Positions 45,372 through 55,627 of a stretch of 64,000 nt of DNA are shown here, piece after piece. This DNA is from a virus (Duplodnaviria; Caudoviricetes). A model generated the notes under the pieces. It saw only the letters and a program-made list of their open reading frames with translations. It was not told the DNA's origin and did no database searches. The DNA lies in the IMG/VR virus record IMGVR_UViG_2721755587_000002; one strand, written 5' to 3'. Both the position numbers and the translations under genes were made by a program. Position 1 is the stretch's first letter, and every line of letters begins with the position of its first letter.

Positions 45372-46496
45372 ATGACCTCATTCACGGAACCAACCGGGCG
45401 CCAGCCGCGCGGGGCGGTGAAGGTCAATGGCGTCCTCATCAATGGCTGGGTTGAGTTTGAGCTCGAAAACAATGCGTTCTATTCAGCCGACACGTTCCGC
45501 TGCACGTTCGCGGGCGCGTTGCTACCGCCAGACCGGGATGCCGCGTGGTTTTCCGAGCAACAGGACATGTTCGTCGAGCTCTTCATCGGCTTCCCTAGCG
45601 ACCCGGTGAACTACGGGCCGTCCGACCTGAAGAGTTGGATCTACGGGCAGGCGGACGATGTCGTGATCGACCCGGTGACTAACACCGTCACGGTGCCCGG
45701 GCGTGACCTGACGCGCGTCTTCATCGACACCAAGACCACGCAGAAATGGCCCAACCAAACAGCGTCCCAGATTGCCACGGCGCTGGCGCAAAAGCACGGG
45801 TTGACGCCGATGGTGGAAACCACCACCACGCGGGTTGGGAAGTACTACGAAATCGACCACGTCAACCTTACCGACGAGCGGTCTGAGTGGGACATCCTGA
45901 ACTACCTGGCGGACATCGAGGGGTTCCGCGTCTGGGTGCGCGGGCAGTCGCTGTATTTCCAGCCGCCCCCGGACCCGAAGACCACCGCACCGTACCGGAT
46001 CGTCTACGAGGTCGCGACCGGCGCCGACGGCGTCCCGAAGGCCAACTTCGAGGCGCTCAAGATGCGGCGGGCCCTGACGGTCTCGCGCGGCATCCAGGTC
46101 AAGATCCGGTCCTGGAACAAGAAGTACGCCAAGGGCTTTGCGGTGTCCTACCCGTCGAACGTGAAGACCATCCGGGTCGGCTCGTCGGCGCTGGGCTCCG
46201 GTGCGCAGATCTACTCGCGCACGATCCCGAACCTCACGCAGGAACAGGCGCTGCAGCGCGCCCAGAGCTGGTACCAGCAGATCGTCGCGCACGAGATGCG
46301 GCTGGAAGGGTTGGCAATGCCGGGCGACAACGACCTGGACACCACCTCGATTCTCGATTTCAGCGGGACTGGCACTGCATTCGACCAGCAGTACTTCCCC
46401 GACACCATCCACCGCTCGATGAACTTCGACGGCGGCTACGACATGACCATCACGGCGAAGAATCACTCGCCGGAATCGACGATTGCGACCATATGA
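45372..46496 (+). CDS. Baseplate hub protein (gpD/Mu gp44-like)
   Basis: ADTF, GRDLT, SEWDILNYLA; position. Confidence 0.85.
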   Translation: MTSFTEPTGRQPRGAVKVNGVLINGWVEFELENNAFYSADTFRCTFAGALLPPDRDAAWFSEQQDMFVELFIGFPSDPVNYGPSDLKSWIYGQADDVVIDPVTNTVTVPGRDLTRVFIDTKTTQKWPNQTASQIATALAQKHGLTPMVETTTTRVGKYYEIDHVNLTDERSEWDILNYLADIEGFRVWVRGQSLYFQPPPDPKTTAPYRIVYEVATGADGVPKANFEALKMRRALTVSRGIQVKIRSWNKKYAKGFAVSYPSNVKTIRVGSSALGSGAQIYSRTIPNLTQEQALQRAQSWYQQIVAHEMRLEGLAMPGDNDLDTTSILDFSGTGTAFDQQYFPDTIHRSMNFDGGYDMTITAKNHSPESTIATI

Positions 46497-47005
46497 GCCG
46501 AGGAGACCACGCGCTGGCGAACGCCATCCGCCAGCAGGCCCGTATGGCGACCAACGACGTGTCGCAGCCGCGGCTGGCGACGATCAGCAGCTACGACGCG
46601 TCCAGTCACGCGGTCAAGGTGACGCTGGAACCACGCGACCCGGGCGTGCCGCCCACCGAGTCCAACTGGATGCCGCTGGGCGCCATCGGGATCGGCAACG
46701 GCTGGGGGGTGGCTGTCGGCCCGCAGATCGGCGACCAGGTGCTGGTGGTGTTCGAGTATGGGGATTTCAGTTCGGGCACGATCGTGTCTCGGATCTTCTC
46801 GGTCGCCCAACAGGCGATTGCGGTCCCGTCCGGGGAAATCTGGGCGGTACACGAGACAGGGAGCTTCGTGAAGCTGGTCACCAACGGCGACGTGGACATC
46901 AATGCTGCAGGGAAGATCACGGTAACCGCGGTGCAGGAGATTTCACTTACCAGCGAGACGAAGGTATCGGTCCATGCGCCGCTGATCAGCATGAACGGGG
47001 CCTGA
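46493..47005 (+). CDS. Baseplate spike protein (gpV-like)
   Basis: OB-fold motif PQIGDQVLVVFEYGD plus a short beta-helix. Confidence 0.88.
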   Translation: MSRGDHALANAIRQQARMATNDVSQPRLATISSYDASSHAVKVTLEPRDPGVPPTESNWMPLGAIGIGNGWGVAVGPQIGDQVLVVFEYGDFSSGTIVSRIFSVAQQAIAVPSGEIWAVHETGSFVKLVTNGDVDINAAGKITVTAVQEISLTSETKVSVHAPLISMNGA

Positions 47006-47008
47006 TCC

Positions 47009-47878
47009 ATGCATTTATGCGCGAGCACGCCAATCCCCGATTTCAACAGCCTCTACAACGGCGCGTTATCGGCGATGACCTTCCCGCCCGGCTCGATCTC
47101 GATCCCCGCGCTGCCGACTCTACCGAATCCAATCTACCCAGACATCTCGAACATCAATGGCGAGATCGTGCAGCTCGTGCAGGAACTGCAGTCCTACCAG
47201 ATGCTGACAACTTTCACCGCGTTCCTGACGCCGCTGACCTCGTTCCTTGGGCTCTCGCTGTCCTCGATTCTTCCGCCGATCCCCGGCACCGCATTGACGC
47301 TGATCGACTTGCTGGCAATGAACCCCGCACCGATCTATTCGGGAATTTCTGCGGCGCTGGCGGCGCACGGGCCCAGCATTTTCCCGTACCTCAAGACGCC
47401 CATCTTCGGAAGCCTGTCGGTCCCCTCTATCGAGCTGGTGACGACGGTGAAGATGGTCGTGAAGGGCTACATGAACAACCTGCTCGACACCGTTTTCGGG
47501 CTGATTAACCAGGTTACTGGCAATTTGCATTTGCCGGCCATGCCAGCACTGCCGACGTTGCCGACGCTGGCCCGCATCGAGGCGATGGTCATTGCCGCGT
47601 TTCCCGGCTTCGGAAGCCTCACGGCGCTGATCAACTCGGGGAACGCGTCACTGAACGCACTGCTGGGCGCCGTGGTGGTGCCCGGCTTCCCTGCATTGCC
47701 CGCGCTGCCGGTGCCGCTGATCCCGAACTACAGCAGCTACGAGCACGAGTTCAACGAGGGACTGAACGTGCTCTATTCATCGCTGGTGGCGTATCCCATG
47801 ACGCTGATCATGAGCTTCGTCACCGGAACGCTTTCGATGCTGGGCTTTAGCTTCCCGACGGTCTGCATCACCTTCTGA
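47009..47878 (+). CDS. Hydrophobic Pro/Leu-rich protein of unknown function
   Basis: Fills the gap between the spike and wedge genes; PALPTLP repeats. Confidence 0.8.
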   Translation: MHLCASTPIPDFNSLYNGALSAMTFPPGSISIPALPTLPNPIYPDISNINGEIVQLVQELQSYQMLTTFTAFLTPLTSFLGLSLSSILPPIPGTALTLIDLLAMNPAPIYSGISAALAAHGPSIFPYLKTPIFGSLSVPSIELVTTVKMVVKGYMNNLLDTVFGLINQVTGNLHLPAMPALPTLPTLARIEAMVIAAFPGFGSLTALINSGNASLNALLGAVVVPGFPALPALPVPLIPNYSSYEHEFNEGLNVLYSSLVAYPMTLIMSFVTGTLSMLGFSFPTVCITF

Positions 47879-47888
47879 GCCTCGCCAC

Positions 47889-48290
47889 ATGATCGATGTC
47901 TACCACTACTACGGTAGCGACCTTTCCGCGTCGCCGTCCGGGGACTTGATGCTGGCCGACCGGCCGACCACCGGCACGCAGCGCGTCTACCGGCGCCTGC
48001 TGACCAACCCGCAGCTCAGCAACGCGGCAGGGCAGCCCATTGCGTCAGCCGACTACACATGGCACCCAACTTACGGCGCCGGCCTGCCGCGCAAGGTGGG
48101 GTTGCCGGGCGACCTGGGCGCTACGAAGGCGCTGATCCGGGGGCAGATGCTACTGGAATCGGCGGTGGCACGGCAGCCGCGCCCGAACGTGAACCTGACG
48201 GACTTCGGTGACGGCATCAGTGCAGCCATCAAGTACACCGACACGAACACCGCGGCGGTGCAGTCGGTGACGTTTGATATCAACAAGTGA
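47889..48290 (+). CDS. Baseplate wedge / sheath initiator (gp25/W-like)
   Basis: GDLML..QRVYRRLLT..YGAGL. Confidence 0.8.
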   Translation: MIDVYHYYGSDLSASPSGDLMLADRPTTGTQRVYRRLLTNPQLSNAAGQPIASADYTWHPTYGAGLPRKVGLPGDLGATKALIRGQMLLESAVARQPRPNVNLTDFGDGISAAIKYTDTNTAAVQSVTFDINK

Positions 48291-48293
48291 GCC

Positions 48294-49418
48294 ATGGCGA
48301 ATCTCAACACTCAGTCGTTCGCGCAGATCGTCTCGAACTTCGCCACAGCGGTGCAGGGGCGGGCGTCCAAGCTGGTGGATTTCACCATCGGGTCGGTCCT
48401 GCGTGCCATCGCGGAGGCGATGGGCGGCGTGTCCCTCTGGCTGCAGGGGCTGGCGCTGCAGGTGGGTGCGCTCACCCGTGCCGCCACGTCCAACGGAACC
48501 GATCTGGATTCGTGGTTCGCGCAGTTTGGCTTTGCCCGGCTGCCGGCGGTAGCTGCGACCGGGCAAGAATCCTTCGCGCGCTACACGCCCACCAACCAGG
48601 CGTTGGTCCCGGTGGGGGCGACGGTCCAGACGCAGGACGGTTCAGTCCTGTACACCGTCGTCGCCGACGCCACCAACGCTGCGTACAGTGCCGCGCAAGG
48701 CGGCTACGTGCTGCCGCCCGGCCAGGCCAGCGTGAATGTGACGGTGCAGTGCACGGTAGCGGGCGCCATCGGAAACGTCTCGGCAGGCGCGGTGAACACG
48801 CTCGGCACGGCCATTTCTGGCGTCGATTACGTCACGAACGCCGCGGCCTTCCAGAATGGCGTGCCGGCAGAAAAGGACGCGCCGGCGCGCGCCCGGTTCG
48901 TGCTGTACATCGCCAGCCTGGAGTCGGCGACGCTGCTGGCCGTCAAGAACGCCATCGCCAGCGTGGGCCTGAACATCACCGGGATCATCACCGAGAACCA
49001 GCAGTACAACGGCTCGACCCAGAACGGCTATTTCACAGTGATTGCAGACGATGGCACCGGCTATCCGTCCTCAACAACGCTGACCAACGTCGCCAACGCG
49101 GTCGAGGCGGTGCGGCCGCTGTGTTCGACCTACGGGGTGCATGGGCCGACGATCCTCACCGCCGCCGTATCGATGGCGATCACCACCGGCACCGGATACA
49201 CGCACTCTGCGGTGGCCGCGCAGGTCGCCGCCGACCTGCAGGCCTACATCAATGGGCTCGGCGATGGGGTGCAGTTGCCATGGGCGTACCTGTCCACCGT
49301 CGCATTCGACGTGGAAGGCGTCACGAATGTCGCGAACGTGCTGCTCAACGGCGGCACCGCCGATATTGTCCCAACTCCGCAGCAGCGCGTCCTGGCTGGC
49401 GTAATTACGGTGACCTGA
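48294..49418 (+). CDS. Baseplate J protein
   Basis: GSVLRAIAEA, GTDLD, RLPAVAATG, AGAIGNV, EAVRP. Confidence 0.92.
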   Translation: MANLNTQSFAQIVSNFATAVQGRASKLVDFTIGSVLRAIAEAMGGVSLWLQGLALQVGALTRAATSNGTDLDSWFAQFGFARLPAVAATGQESFARYTPTNQALVPVGATVQTQDGSVLYTVVADATNAAYSAAQGGYVLPPGQASVNVTVQCTVAGAIGNVSAGAVNTLGTAISGVDYVTNAAAFQNGVPAEKDAPARARFVLYIASLESATLLAVKNAIASVGLNITGIITENQQYNGSTQNGYFTVIADDGTGYPSSTTLTNVANAVEAVRPLCSTYGVHGPTILTAAVSMAITTGTGYTHSAVAAQVAADLQAYINGLGDGVQLPWAYLSTVAFDVEGVTNVANVLLNGGTADIVPTPQQRVLAGVITVT

Positions 49419-49419
49419 T

Positions 49420-50103
49420 ATGGCGACTGGTGATTCCGACGACATCCTGTCGCGACTGAAGGCCTACGTGCCCCGCGGCTGGTTCGGGGGCTGGGCGCAG
49501 GCCCCCATCATCACCGCGGTGCTGGGCGGCATCGCATCTGTTCTGGCGGTGTCCTACGCGCTGATCATGTTCTTCTGGGCGCAAACGCGCCTGCAGACCT
49601 CGACGGGCGGCTGGATCGACATCTGGGCGGCAGATTTTCTCGGAGGGACGCTGCCGCGCAAGCCGAACGAGCTCGATTCCAGCTACATCGCGCGCATCCA
49701 GGTCGCGATCTTCCAGAAGCGGGCCACGCGGCCGGCCATGATCAGTGTGCTGACGCAGTTGACCGGGCGCGCGCCGATTATTTTCGAACCGGCCAGGCCA
49801 CTCGATACCGGCTGCTTCAGCGCGCCCACGTCGCCGGGCTTCTTCGGTGTGGCGCGCTTCGGCTCGATTGCCTGCCCATTCGGCGCACTCATCACGGCGT
49901 ACCGGCCACTGGTGGCCGGGGGCTCGGCGGGCGCCGCCTACCGCAACGCTGCGGCCTGGTCCGCATTCAGCACGCCGCTTTCTCACGGCTCCTTCGGCTC
50001 GCTGTCCGAGCAAACGTCCGTGGCGACCGATGCCGACATTCTGGCGGCCATCAACGCCACGAAGCCCATCGCCACCAATATCGGCGTGCTCATCTCGAAC
50101 TAA
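49420..50103 (+). CDS. Baseplate wedge protein (gpI-like)
   Basis: TRLQTSTGGWIDIWAADF..R..ELDSSY. Confidence 0.8.
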   Translation: MATGDSDDILSRLKAYVPRGWFGGWAQAPIITAVLGGIASVLAVSYALIMFFWAQTRLQTSTGGWIDIWAADFLGGTLPRKPNELDSSYIARIQVAIFQKRATRPAMISVLTQLTGRAPIIFEPARPLDTGCFSAPTSPGFFGVARFGSIACPFGALITAYRPLVAGGSAGAAYRNAAAWSAFSTPLSHGSFGSLSEQTSVATDADILAAINATKPIATNIGVLISN

Positions 50104-50167
50104 CCCTGTTCCTCTCCATCCTTCGAAGGGCCGCCGTGCGCGGCCCTTTCCTATTGAGAATCCCCAT

Positions 50168-51940
50168 ATGCGACGCGTTGAAACGTATGTAGGCAGCCAG
50201 GTGTATGAGTGGTACGACTCTGCGCAGGCCCAGAGCACCATGACGGCGATTGCCAAGGTCTGCGCGGCGATCTTCGGCACCAGCGCAGTCGCCAACGGCC
50301 TTGCATGCACCCCCACGACGCCGGCATCCATAACCGTGCAGATCGGTGCAGGCGAAATCTACCAGGCCGCGCCGCTTGAAGCGACTGCCTGCGGCACGCT
50401 GCCGGCGAACACGACCTACAGCATCCTCAAGCAGGGCATCCAGCTCGGCACGTACACGACCGGCGCCTTTGCGCTGCCGAGCACCAGCGGCCAGTCGATC
50501 AACTACCTGATCGAGGCGCAGTACCAGGATGCGGACATCAGCCTGGACCCGACCACGGGCACCGCGCCGGTCGTGCTGCAGTTCTACAACTCGGCCAATC
50601 CGACGCAACCGTGGGCCGGCCCGAACAACACCGGGGCGACCAGCAACACCTTCCGCGACGGTGTGGTGGCCTACCAGGTCAAGGCGGGCGTCGCCGCGGC
50701 GACGGGGTCACAGGTTACGCCGACGCCCGACACGGGCTGGGTCGGCTTGTGGGTGGTCACGGTGCCGTACGGCGCGGCGTCGCTGACCAGCGCGAATATT
50801 GCGGCCTATCCGGGGGCGCCGGTACTGCCCGGCGGCGTGCTGCAGTCCGCCATCAACGGCAACCTGGTCTATGGGGGCGACAACGGCTCTGCCAACGTCG
50901 TGCAGGCCAGCTTCCCGCTGCCGTCGGCCACGCTCACGGACAATCAGCAGTTCTGGGTCAAGATCAAGGCCGCCAATACAGGGGCAACGACGTTCACGCC
51001 GAATCCTGGTGTGATCAGCCCGGCGCCGGTTGTCGGTGCGGCGCACCAGGCGCTACAAGGAAACGAGCTCGTGGCCAACGGGCGCGCATTGTTCGTCTGG
51101 CGCGCGGACATCAGTTCGTTTGTGTTGTTGGAATGTACCGGCGGCGCACTGCAGGTTGCTGCGGCCGCGCAACCGCAACATGCCGCCCAGCTCGGCCAGA
51201 TCGGCCACGGCCAGTGCCGCCTCTCCGTCGTCAGCGGCACGTCGCTGAAGCTGGCGCCGTACAACGGCAACAACCTCGTCATCAACGGCGTGCCGCAGCA
51301 GGTCTCTGGCGCTGGCGTGACGATTGGCAACGGTGGCCTCGCCGCCTCGACGCTGTATTACGTCTACGCGTACATGAACGCCGGTGCGATGGCGCTGGAA
51401 CTGTCGGCCACGGGCCATACGACGGGCTCGACCGGCATCGAGCAGAAGACAGGCGACGCGACGCGGACACTGGTTGGGATGATCTACACCAGCGCAGCCA
51501 CGCCGGGTCAATTCTCCGGCGCGCTGTGCCATAACTTCTTCAACCGTCGGATGTTGACTGGCGACAACATCACCAACGGGTCTCCGGTCAATTTCACCAA
51601 TACGAGTGTCGCAGAGGTTACTGCGGCGCTCCGCGTCAGCATGCTGTGCTGGGGCGATGAAGGGTTCTCAGCCGCCTGCAGCGGGACGGCATCTGTGGCT
51701 ACGTCTGGCGGCGTCGGATCGCTGGGCCTGGTCGCCGATGGGATTCAGTTCGGCAGCTACGGAAACTTCGGATTGGCGGGCAGCGCAATCTTTGCAGAGA
51801 CTTTCGCCGTCACGGGGGCGAAGACGCTTACAGAAGGTCTCCACATCTTCCAACTATGGGGCGCAGTGACCTCAGGTGGTAGCGCAGCGCTAGGGGCTAG
51901 CAACGGCCAAGTCAACATGTCAGTCACCACGCGAGGTTAA
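50168..51940 (+). CDS. Tail fibre protein
   Basis: Follows gpI; G/S/T-rich; KAANTGATT and AAQLGQ motifs. Confidence 0.85.
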   Translation: MRRVETYVGSQVYEWYDSAQAQSTMTAIAKVCAAIFGTSAVANGLACTPTTPASITVQIGAGEIYQAAPLEATACGTLPANTTYSILKQGIQLGTYTTGAFALPSTSGQSINYLIEAQYQDADISLDPTTGTAPVVLQFYNSANPTQPWAGPNNTGATSNTFRDGVVAYQVKAGVAAATGSQVTPTPDTGWVGLWVVTVPYGAASLTSANIAAYPGAPVLPGGVLQSAINGNLVYGGDNGSANVVQASFPLPSATLTDNQQFWVKIKAANTGATTFTPNPGVISPAPVVGAAHQALQGNELVANGRALFVWRADISSFVLLECTGGALQVAAAAQPQHAAQLGQIGHGQCRLSVVSGTSLKLAPYNGNNLVINGVPQQVSGAGVTIGNGGLAASTLYYVYAYMNAGAMALELSATGHTTGSTGIEQKTGDATRTLVGMIYTSAATPGQFSGALCHNFFNRRMLTGDNITNGSPVNFTNTSVAEVTAALRVSMLCWGDEGFSAACSGTASVATSGGVGSLGLVADGIQFGSYGNFGLAGSAIFAETFAVTGAKTLTEGLHIFQLWGAVTSGGSAALGASNGQVNMSVTTRG

Positions 51941-51942
51941 TC

Positions 51943-52137
51943 ATGGTAACGAGGAAGAGAATCGGATCGAACTTCTTTGCTGATCTCGTCGCGCATGGGA
52001 ATCTCGTGGGCCAGCATTTCAGTTGGAGGGCCGACGGGACCATCGAATTCTTCGACGACACGCCCCAAGATGTGGTGGCCGGAGTGTTGTCGGTATACGA
52101 TGCACATGTTCCGTCGGACCCTGCTGGACCAGCATAA
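51943..52137 (+). CDS. Small tail-fibre-associated protein
   Basis: GAGG SD; VYDAHVP C-terminus. Confidence 0.65.
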   Translation: MVTRKRIGSNFFADLVAHGNLVGQHFSWRADGTIEFFDDTPQDVVAGVLSVYDAHVPSDPAGPA

Positions 52138-52156
52138 ATGCCGGTAGAATTGGGGT

Positions 52157-52975
52157 ATGAAACCTACTCAATTTCTCGCCGCTGGCTTCGTGGCTATGAC
52201 TCTGATCGGAGGCTGCGGCTCTGACCAGAAGGCCGACGCAACGCGGGTTGGCAACGTGTCAACTGCTAGCTACGGGGTTTTGCCAGGGTCTCCGGCAAAG
52301 CCGCTGGCCTTGGTTTTCACCACGGACGTCGCCAATTCGCTGAATGGCACTTTCACGTCAGTCTCGAAGACTTTGCAGGCGGCGGGTTACACAATCGCCG
52401 CTGTCGATGTCACTTGTCACGGTCAAGACCTGCAGGCCGGTGAGACAGCGGGCCTTGGTTGCTGGGCTACTCGCGTTCAGCAAGGCAATGGCGACATCTT
52501 TGCCCCCATGGTTAAACGCGCTTCGGATGCGATCTCTGATCTCGTAGCCAAGGGAGTGGCGAGCGGGGTGGATGTCGTGGCAATCGGCGTTTCGCGCGGC
52601 GGCTATGCTGCCCTTCGCGCGGCTGCCGCGGATTCTCGCATCGGGACGGTGGTCCTCCTGTCGCCGGTGACGGACTTGGCAAGATTGACGGAATTCCGTG
52701 GCATTGTCGTCGATCAGTCGATGTATGGGCTCGCCAACGACTTTGCAAAGTTTGCCGGTCGTCGCATCTTCATGCAGATCGGAAACAGCGACGATCGTGT
52801 AGGCACCGCTGAAGCAATCTCCTTCGGCGTAGGTGTCGTAGCTGCGGGGGCCGGTAATCCTGTGGATTTCACCACAATAATCACCCCGAACAAAGGGCAC
52901 GGCACCGCGTCGCAGGATATAGCAGCCCAGTGGATTCTGAAGGGGCCTGAGTCAGATTCCGGCAATGCGCCGTAG
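52157..52975 (+). CDS. Lipoprotein alpha/beta-hydrolase (esterase-like)
   Basis: Lipobox-like IGGC; nucleophile elbow GVSRGG; SDDRV Asp; GHG His. Confidence 0.8.
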   Translation: MKPTQFLAAGFVAMTLIGGCGSDQKADATRVGNVSTASYGVLPGSPAKPLALVFTTDVANSLNGTFTSVSKTLQAAGYTIAAVDVTCHGQDLQAGETAGLGCWATRVQQGNGDIFAPMVKRASDAISDLVAKGVASGVDVVAIGVSRGGYAALRAAAADSRIGTVVLLSPVTDLARLTEFRGIVVDQSMYGLANDFAKFAGRRIFMQIGNSDDRVGTAEAISFGVGVVAAGAGNPVDFTTIITPNKGHGTASQDIAAQWILKGPESDSGNAP

Positions 52976-53012
52976 TGCCGGAGCGAACCATGCTCCGGAT
53001 TCCCTGTGGAGC

Positions 53013-54131
53013 TTACCGAAACACAGGAAGAATCGAGCGCACGAGTGGGCGGTTCTCAAAGATCCTGGATGCAGCTTTGGAAATCCAAACGATAGCTGGG
53101 ACGAAGCTCACCCCCGCCACGATGCTTAACGCTGTGGAACTTTGAATTGTGGTTTGGAAAATGCCGAATGCGAACAGCAGAAGCGGCATGTGGACGATAT
53201 ACAGCGTGTATGAGTAGGCGGCGGCAGGTGCAAAGGCCGTAGGGACACGTATTGCTCCGGAAAGCAACAGTCCGAGAATCGCCGCGAAGCAAAGCCCCGT
53301 GGTCACGTTGAAGAGCACGAGAAAGTGCCAGGCGCTGCGGGCATCTGCTACGGTCAATGACTTGTACGCGAACGCGGCAGCGGCAACAGAGAAGGCTGCT
53401 GTGGCCGCCCGCAGATACTTGGCAGGCGGAATCCAGTGGCGGTCGTGCAACTCGGACAGCGCGTAGCCGGCCCACCAGACGGGTAGGTAGTAGTAGAACT
53501 GATCGTTGTTCCAGCCGACGTAGAAGAGCGCAGTCGCGGCTGGCACCGACAGGATCTTCCACCATCCTCTCGGCCAAGCAATGATCGCAGCCAGAACGTA
53601 ATACCAGACCTCGATGGAAAGGCTCCAGAGCGGCCCGTTGGAGGATGGGGTGTCCGTAAAGAAGTCATTCAACGCCAGCGCAGCCCCAAGCATCTGAGTG
53701 GGCTCGAAGATGAATGCTTGTCTTGCGAGTGCATTTCGTTCAGCAGGCAGAAAAGCATTTGAGCCGCTTGGAAATACCGCTGGCGCCAGTTGGTACAGCA
53801 GCGCCATCAAAACGACGGAGAAAAGGAGCGGGGGCCAAATACGGATGACACGGTCCGAAAGGTACTTCCGCAAGAGAAGGTTGCCGTCGTGTCGAGCAAT
53901 ATTGCCTTTAATCGACTTGGCAATCAGAAAGCCGCTCATCACGAAGAACACCATTACAGCGCTCTGCGAGAGAAGCCCGAACCATGGGCTTAACTTGTCG
54001 TAGGCAGGCGCAACCACGATTTGGTTCGTATGACCCACCAACACGGCCAGGGCTGAAAAACCACGAAGAGAGTCAAGTTGTTTTGACTCGTTCTCGGAGA
54101 GGGGTCGGAAATTGTGGCTAATGGGCTTCAT
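53013..54131 (-). CDS. Acyltransferase-3 (OafA/Oac-like) integral membrane O-acyltransferase
   Basis: LDSLRG..VLVGH, VFFVMSGF, RVIRIWP, WSLSIEVWYY, SYTLYIVH. Confidence 0.93.
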   Translation of the reverse strand: MKPISHNFRPLSENESKQLDSLRGFSALAVLVGHTNQIVVAPAYDKLSPWFGLLSQSAVMVFFVMSGFLIAKSIKGNIARHDGNLLLRKYLSDRVIRIWPPLLFSVVLMALLYQLAPAVFPSGSNAFLPAERNALARQAFIFEPTQMLGAALALNDFFTDTPSSNGPLWSLSIEVWYYVLAAIIAWPRGWWKILSVPAATALFYVGWNNDQFYYYLPVWWAGYALSELHDRHWIPPAKYLRAATAAFSVAAAAFAYKSLTVADARSAWHFLVLFNVTTGLCFAAILGLLLSGAIRVPTAFAPAAAYSYTLYIVHMPLLLFAFGIFQTTIQSSTALSIVAGVSFVPAIVWISKAASRIFENRPLVRSILPVFR

Positions 54132-54237
54132 CCGTGTTGGAGGGTGTCGTTTTGGTGGTTTCGCGCTGCCAGCGCAGGATATTACTACACGCGCCTATTT
54201 TACTTTTCCAGATTGCCGCCAGAACTGACGGCGCTAC

Positions 54238-54269
54238 AAAGCCCGCCACCGCGCGGGCTTTTCTCTTTT
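54238..54269 (+). terminator. Intrinsic terminator
   Basis: AAAGCCCGC/GCGGGCTTT stem followed by a T-rich tail. Confidence 0.7.
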
Positions 54270-54325
54270 GGGTGACCCGTCCTGACTAAGGTTGACACTT
54301 TTCCCGCAGCAATGAGGAGAGTGTC

Positions 54326-54730
54326 TTGGATATAGATCGGAAACGAACCCAACGCGACTACACGCTGGCTTTTAAGCTGGCGGTCGTTGAGGAAGTGGAA
54401 AAAGGCGAACTGACGTACAAGCAGGCGCAACACAAGTACGGAATCCAGGGGAGGTCCACGGTGCTGGTATGGTTACGCAAGCACGGACTACAGGACTGGA
54501 GCGGCTCGTTGCCACAGGGCGCCCGGTACGCGACGATGGAAAAGCAAGGTAAAGCCAAGCCCCGCACGCCGGAGCAGCGCATCAAGGAACTGGAAGTCCA
54601 GTTGCGCGAGGCGCAGGAGAAGGCGCGACTGTTCGAAGCAGTGATCGACGTGATTCAGAAGGAGCACGGGGTACGCGTCGTAAAAAAGCCTTCGGGCAAG
54701 TCCTCGCGCAAGAGCTCGTCCAAGGGCTAA
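54326..54730 (+). CDS. IS3 transposase OrfA
   Basis: YTLAFKLAVV HTH plus leucine zipper; A6G slippery site at 54682-88. Confidence 0.9.
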   Translation: MDIDRKRTQRDYTLAFKLAVVEEVEKGELTYKQAQHKYGIQGRSTVLVWLRKHGLQDWSGSLPQGARYATMEKQGKAKPRTPEQRIKELEVQLREAQEKARLFEAVIDVIQKEHGVRVVKKPSGKSSRKSSSKG

Positions 54731-55569
54731 GCGTTAGCAGGGCTTGCCGTTACTTTGGCATCAGTCGCCAGGCGTACTACAAGCGCCGCCACAGCGAGCT
54801 TCGACAAACGGCCCGAGACGCCAGGATCTGCGCATTGGTCACCGAAGTGCGGCTGCGCCAACCCCGTTTGGGCACGCGAAAACTGCAGCGGGTTCTGCAG
54901 GCGCCGCTGGCGAAGGCAGATATCCGGGTGGGCCGAGACCGGCTATTTGATGTTCTGCGCGCAGCCAGGCTGCTCGTGAAACCGCATCGGGCGTATCACA
55001 AGACCACTAACAGCCATCACCGTTTCCGGTGCCATCCCAATCTTCTCAAGGAGGGGCCGCAGAAGGTAGTGCCCACGGCGGCCGAGCAGGTCTGGGTCGC
55101 TGACATTACGTACCTTCCCACCACCCAGCAGACCGTCTATCTGAGTCTTGTTACGGATGCCTGGTCGCGCAAGATCGTGGGCTACCATGTCCATGACAGC
55201 CTGCAGACCGAGCAGGTGAGCCAGGCGCTGAAAATGGCACTACGCTCGCGCCGGACCCGGCAGACGCTGGTACATCATTCGGATCGAGGAATTCAATACT
55301 GCGCGACCTACTACCAGGCCATCCATCAGCGGCACGGTTTGACCTGTTCCATGACCGACGGCTACGACTGCTACCAGAACGCCATGGCCGAGCGCATCAA
55401 CGGCATCCTCAAGAGCGAATTCCTGCTGAACCGACCAACTGACCTGCAGCAAGCGGCTCGCATGGTGAAGGAGTCCGTACAGATCTATAACCGTGAACGC
55501 CCCCATCAAGCCCTGAAATACAAAACGCCCGATGAGGTTCATCGGGCGTCTATTACCTTGGAACGCTAG
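54682..55569 (+). CDS. IS3 transposase OrfB (DDE), expressed by -1 frameshift
   Basis: WVADITY, HHSDRG, NAMAERIN. Confidence 0.9.
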   Translation, partial: KKAFGQVLAQELVQGLSVSRACRYFGISRQAYYKRRHSELRQTARDARICALVTEVRLRQPRLGTRKLQRVLQAPLAKADIRVGRDRLFDVLRAARLLVKPHRAYHKTTNSHHRFRCHPNLLKEGPQKVVPTAAEQVWVADITYLPTTQQTVYLSLVTDAWSRKIVGYHVHDSLQTEQVSQALKMALRSRRTRQTLVHHSDRGIQYCATYYQAIHQRHGLTCSMTDGYDCYQNAMAERINGILKSEFLLNRPTDLQQAARMVKESVQIYNRERPHQALKYKTPDEVHRASITLER

Positions 55570-55627
55570 GCGCCCACGGCGCCACAAAACCTGTCAACCT
55601 ATGTCAGGACTTGACAGGGTACCAGAC

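Larger units (their letters stand above)
54273..55616 (+). mobile_element. IS3-family insertion sequence (1344 bp)
   Basis: TG...CA ends; IRL TGACCCGTCCTGACTAAGGTTGACA vs IRR (reverse complement) TGTCAAGTCCTGACATAGGTTGACA; 3-bp GGG target duplication at 54270-72 and 55617-19. Confidence 0.95.

Noticed and set aside
50168-52137. Diversity-generating retroelement or invertible tail-fibre switch
   Set aside because: No reverse transcriptase, invertase, template repeat or inverted second fibre tip seen.
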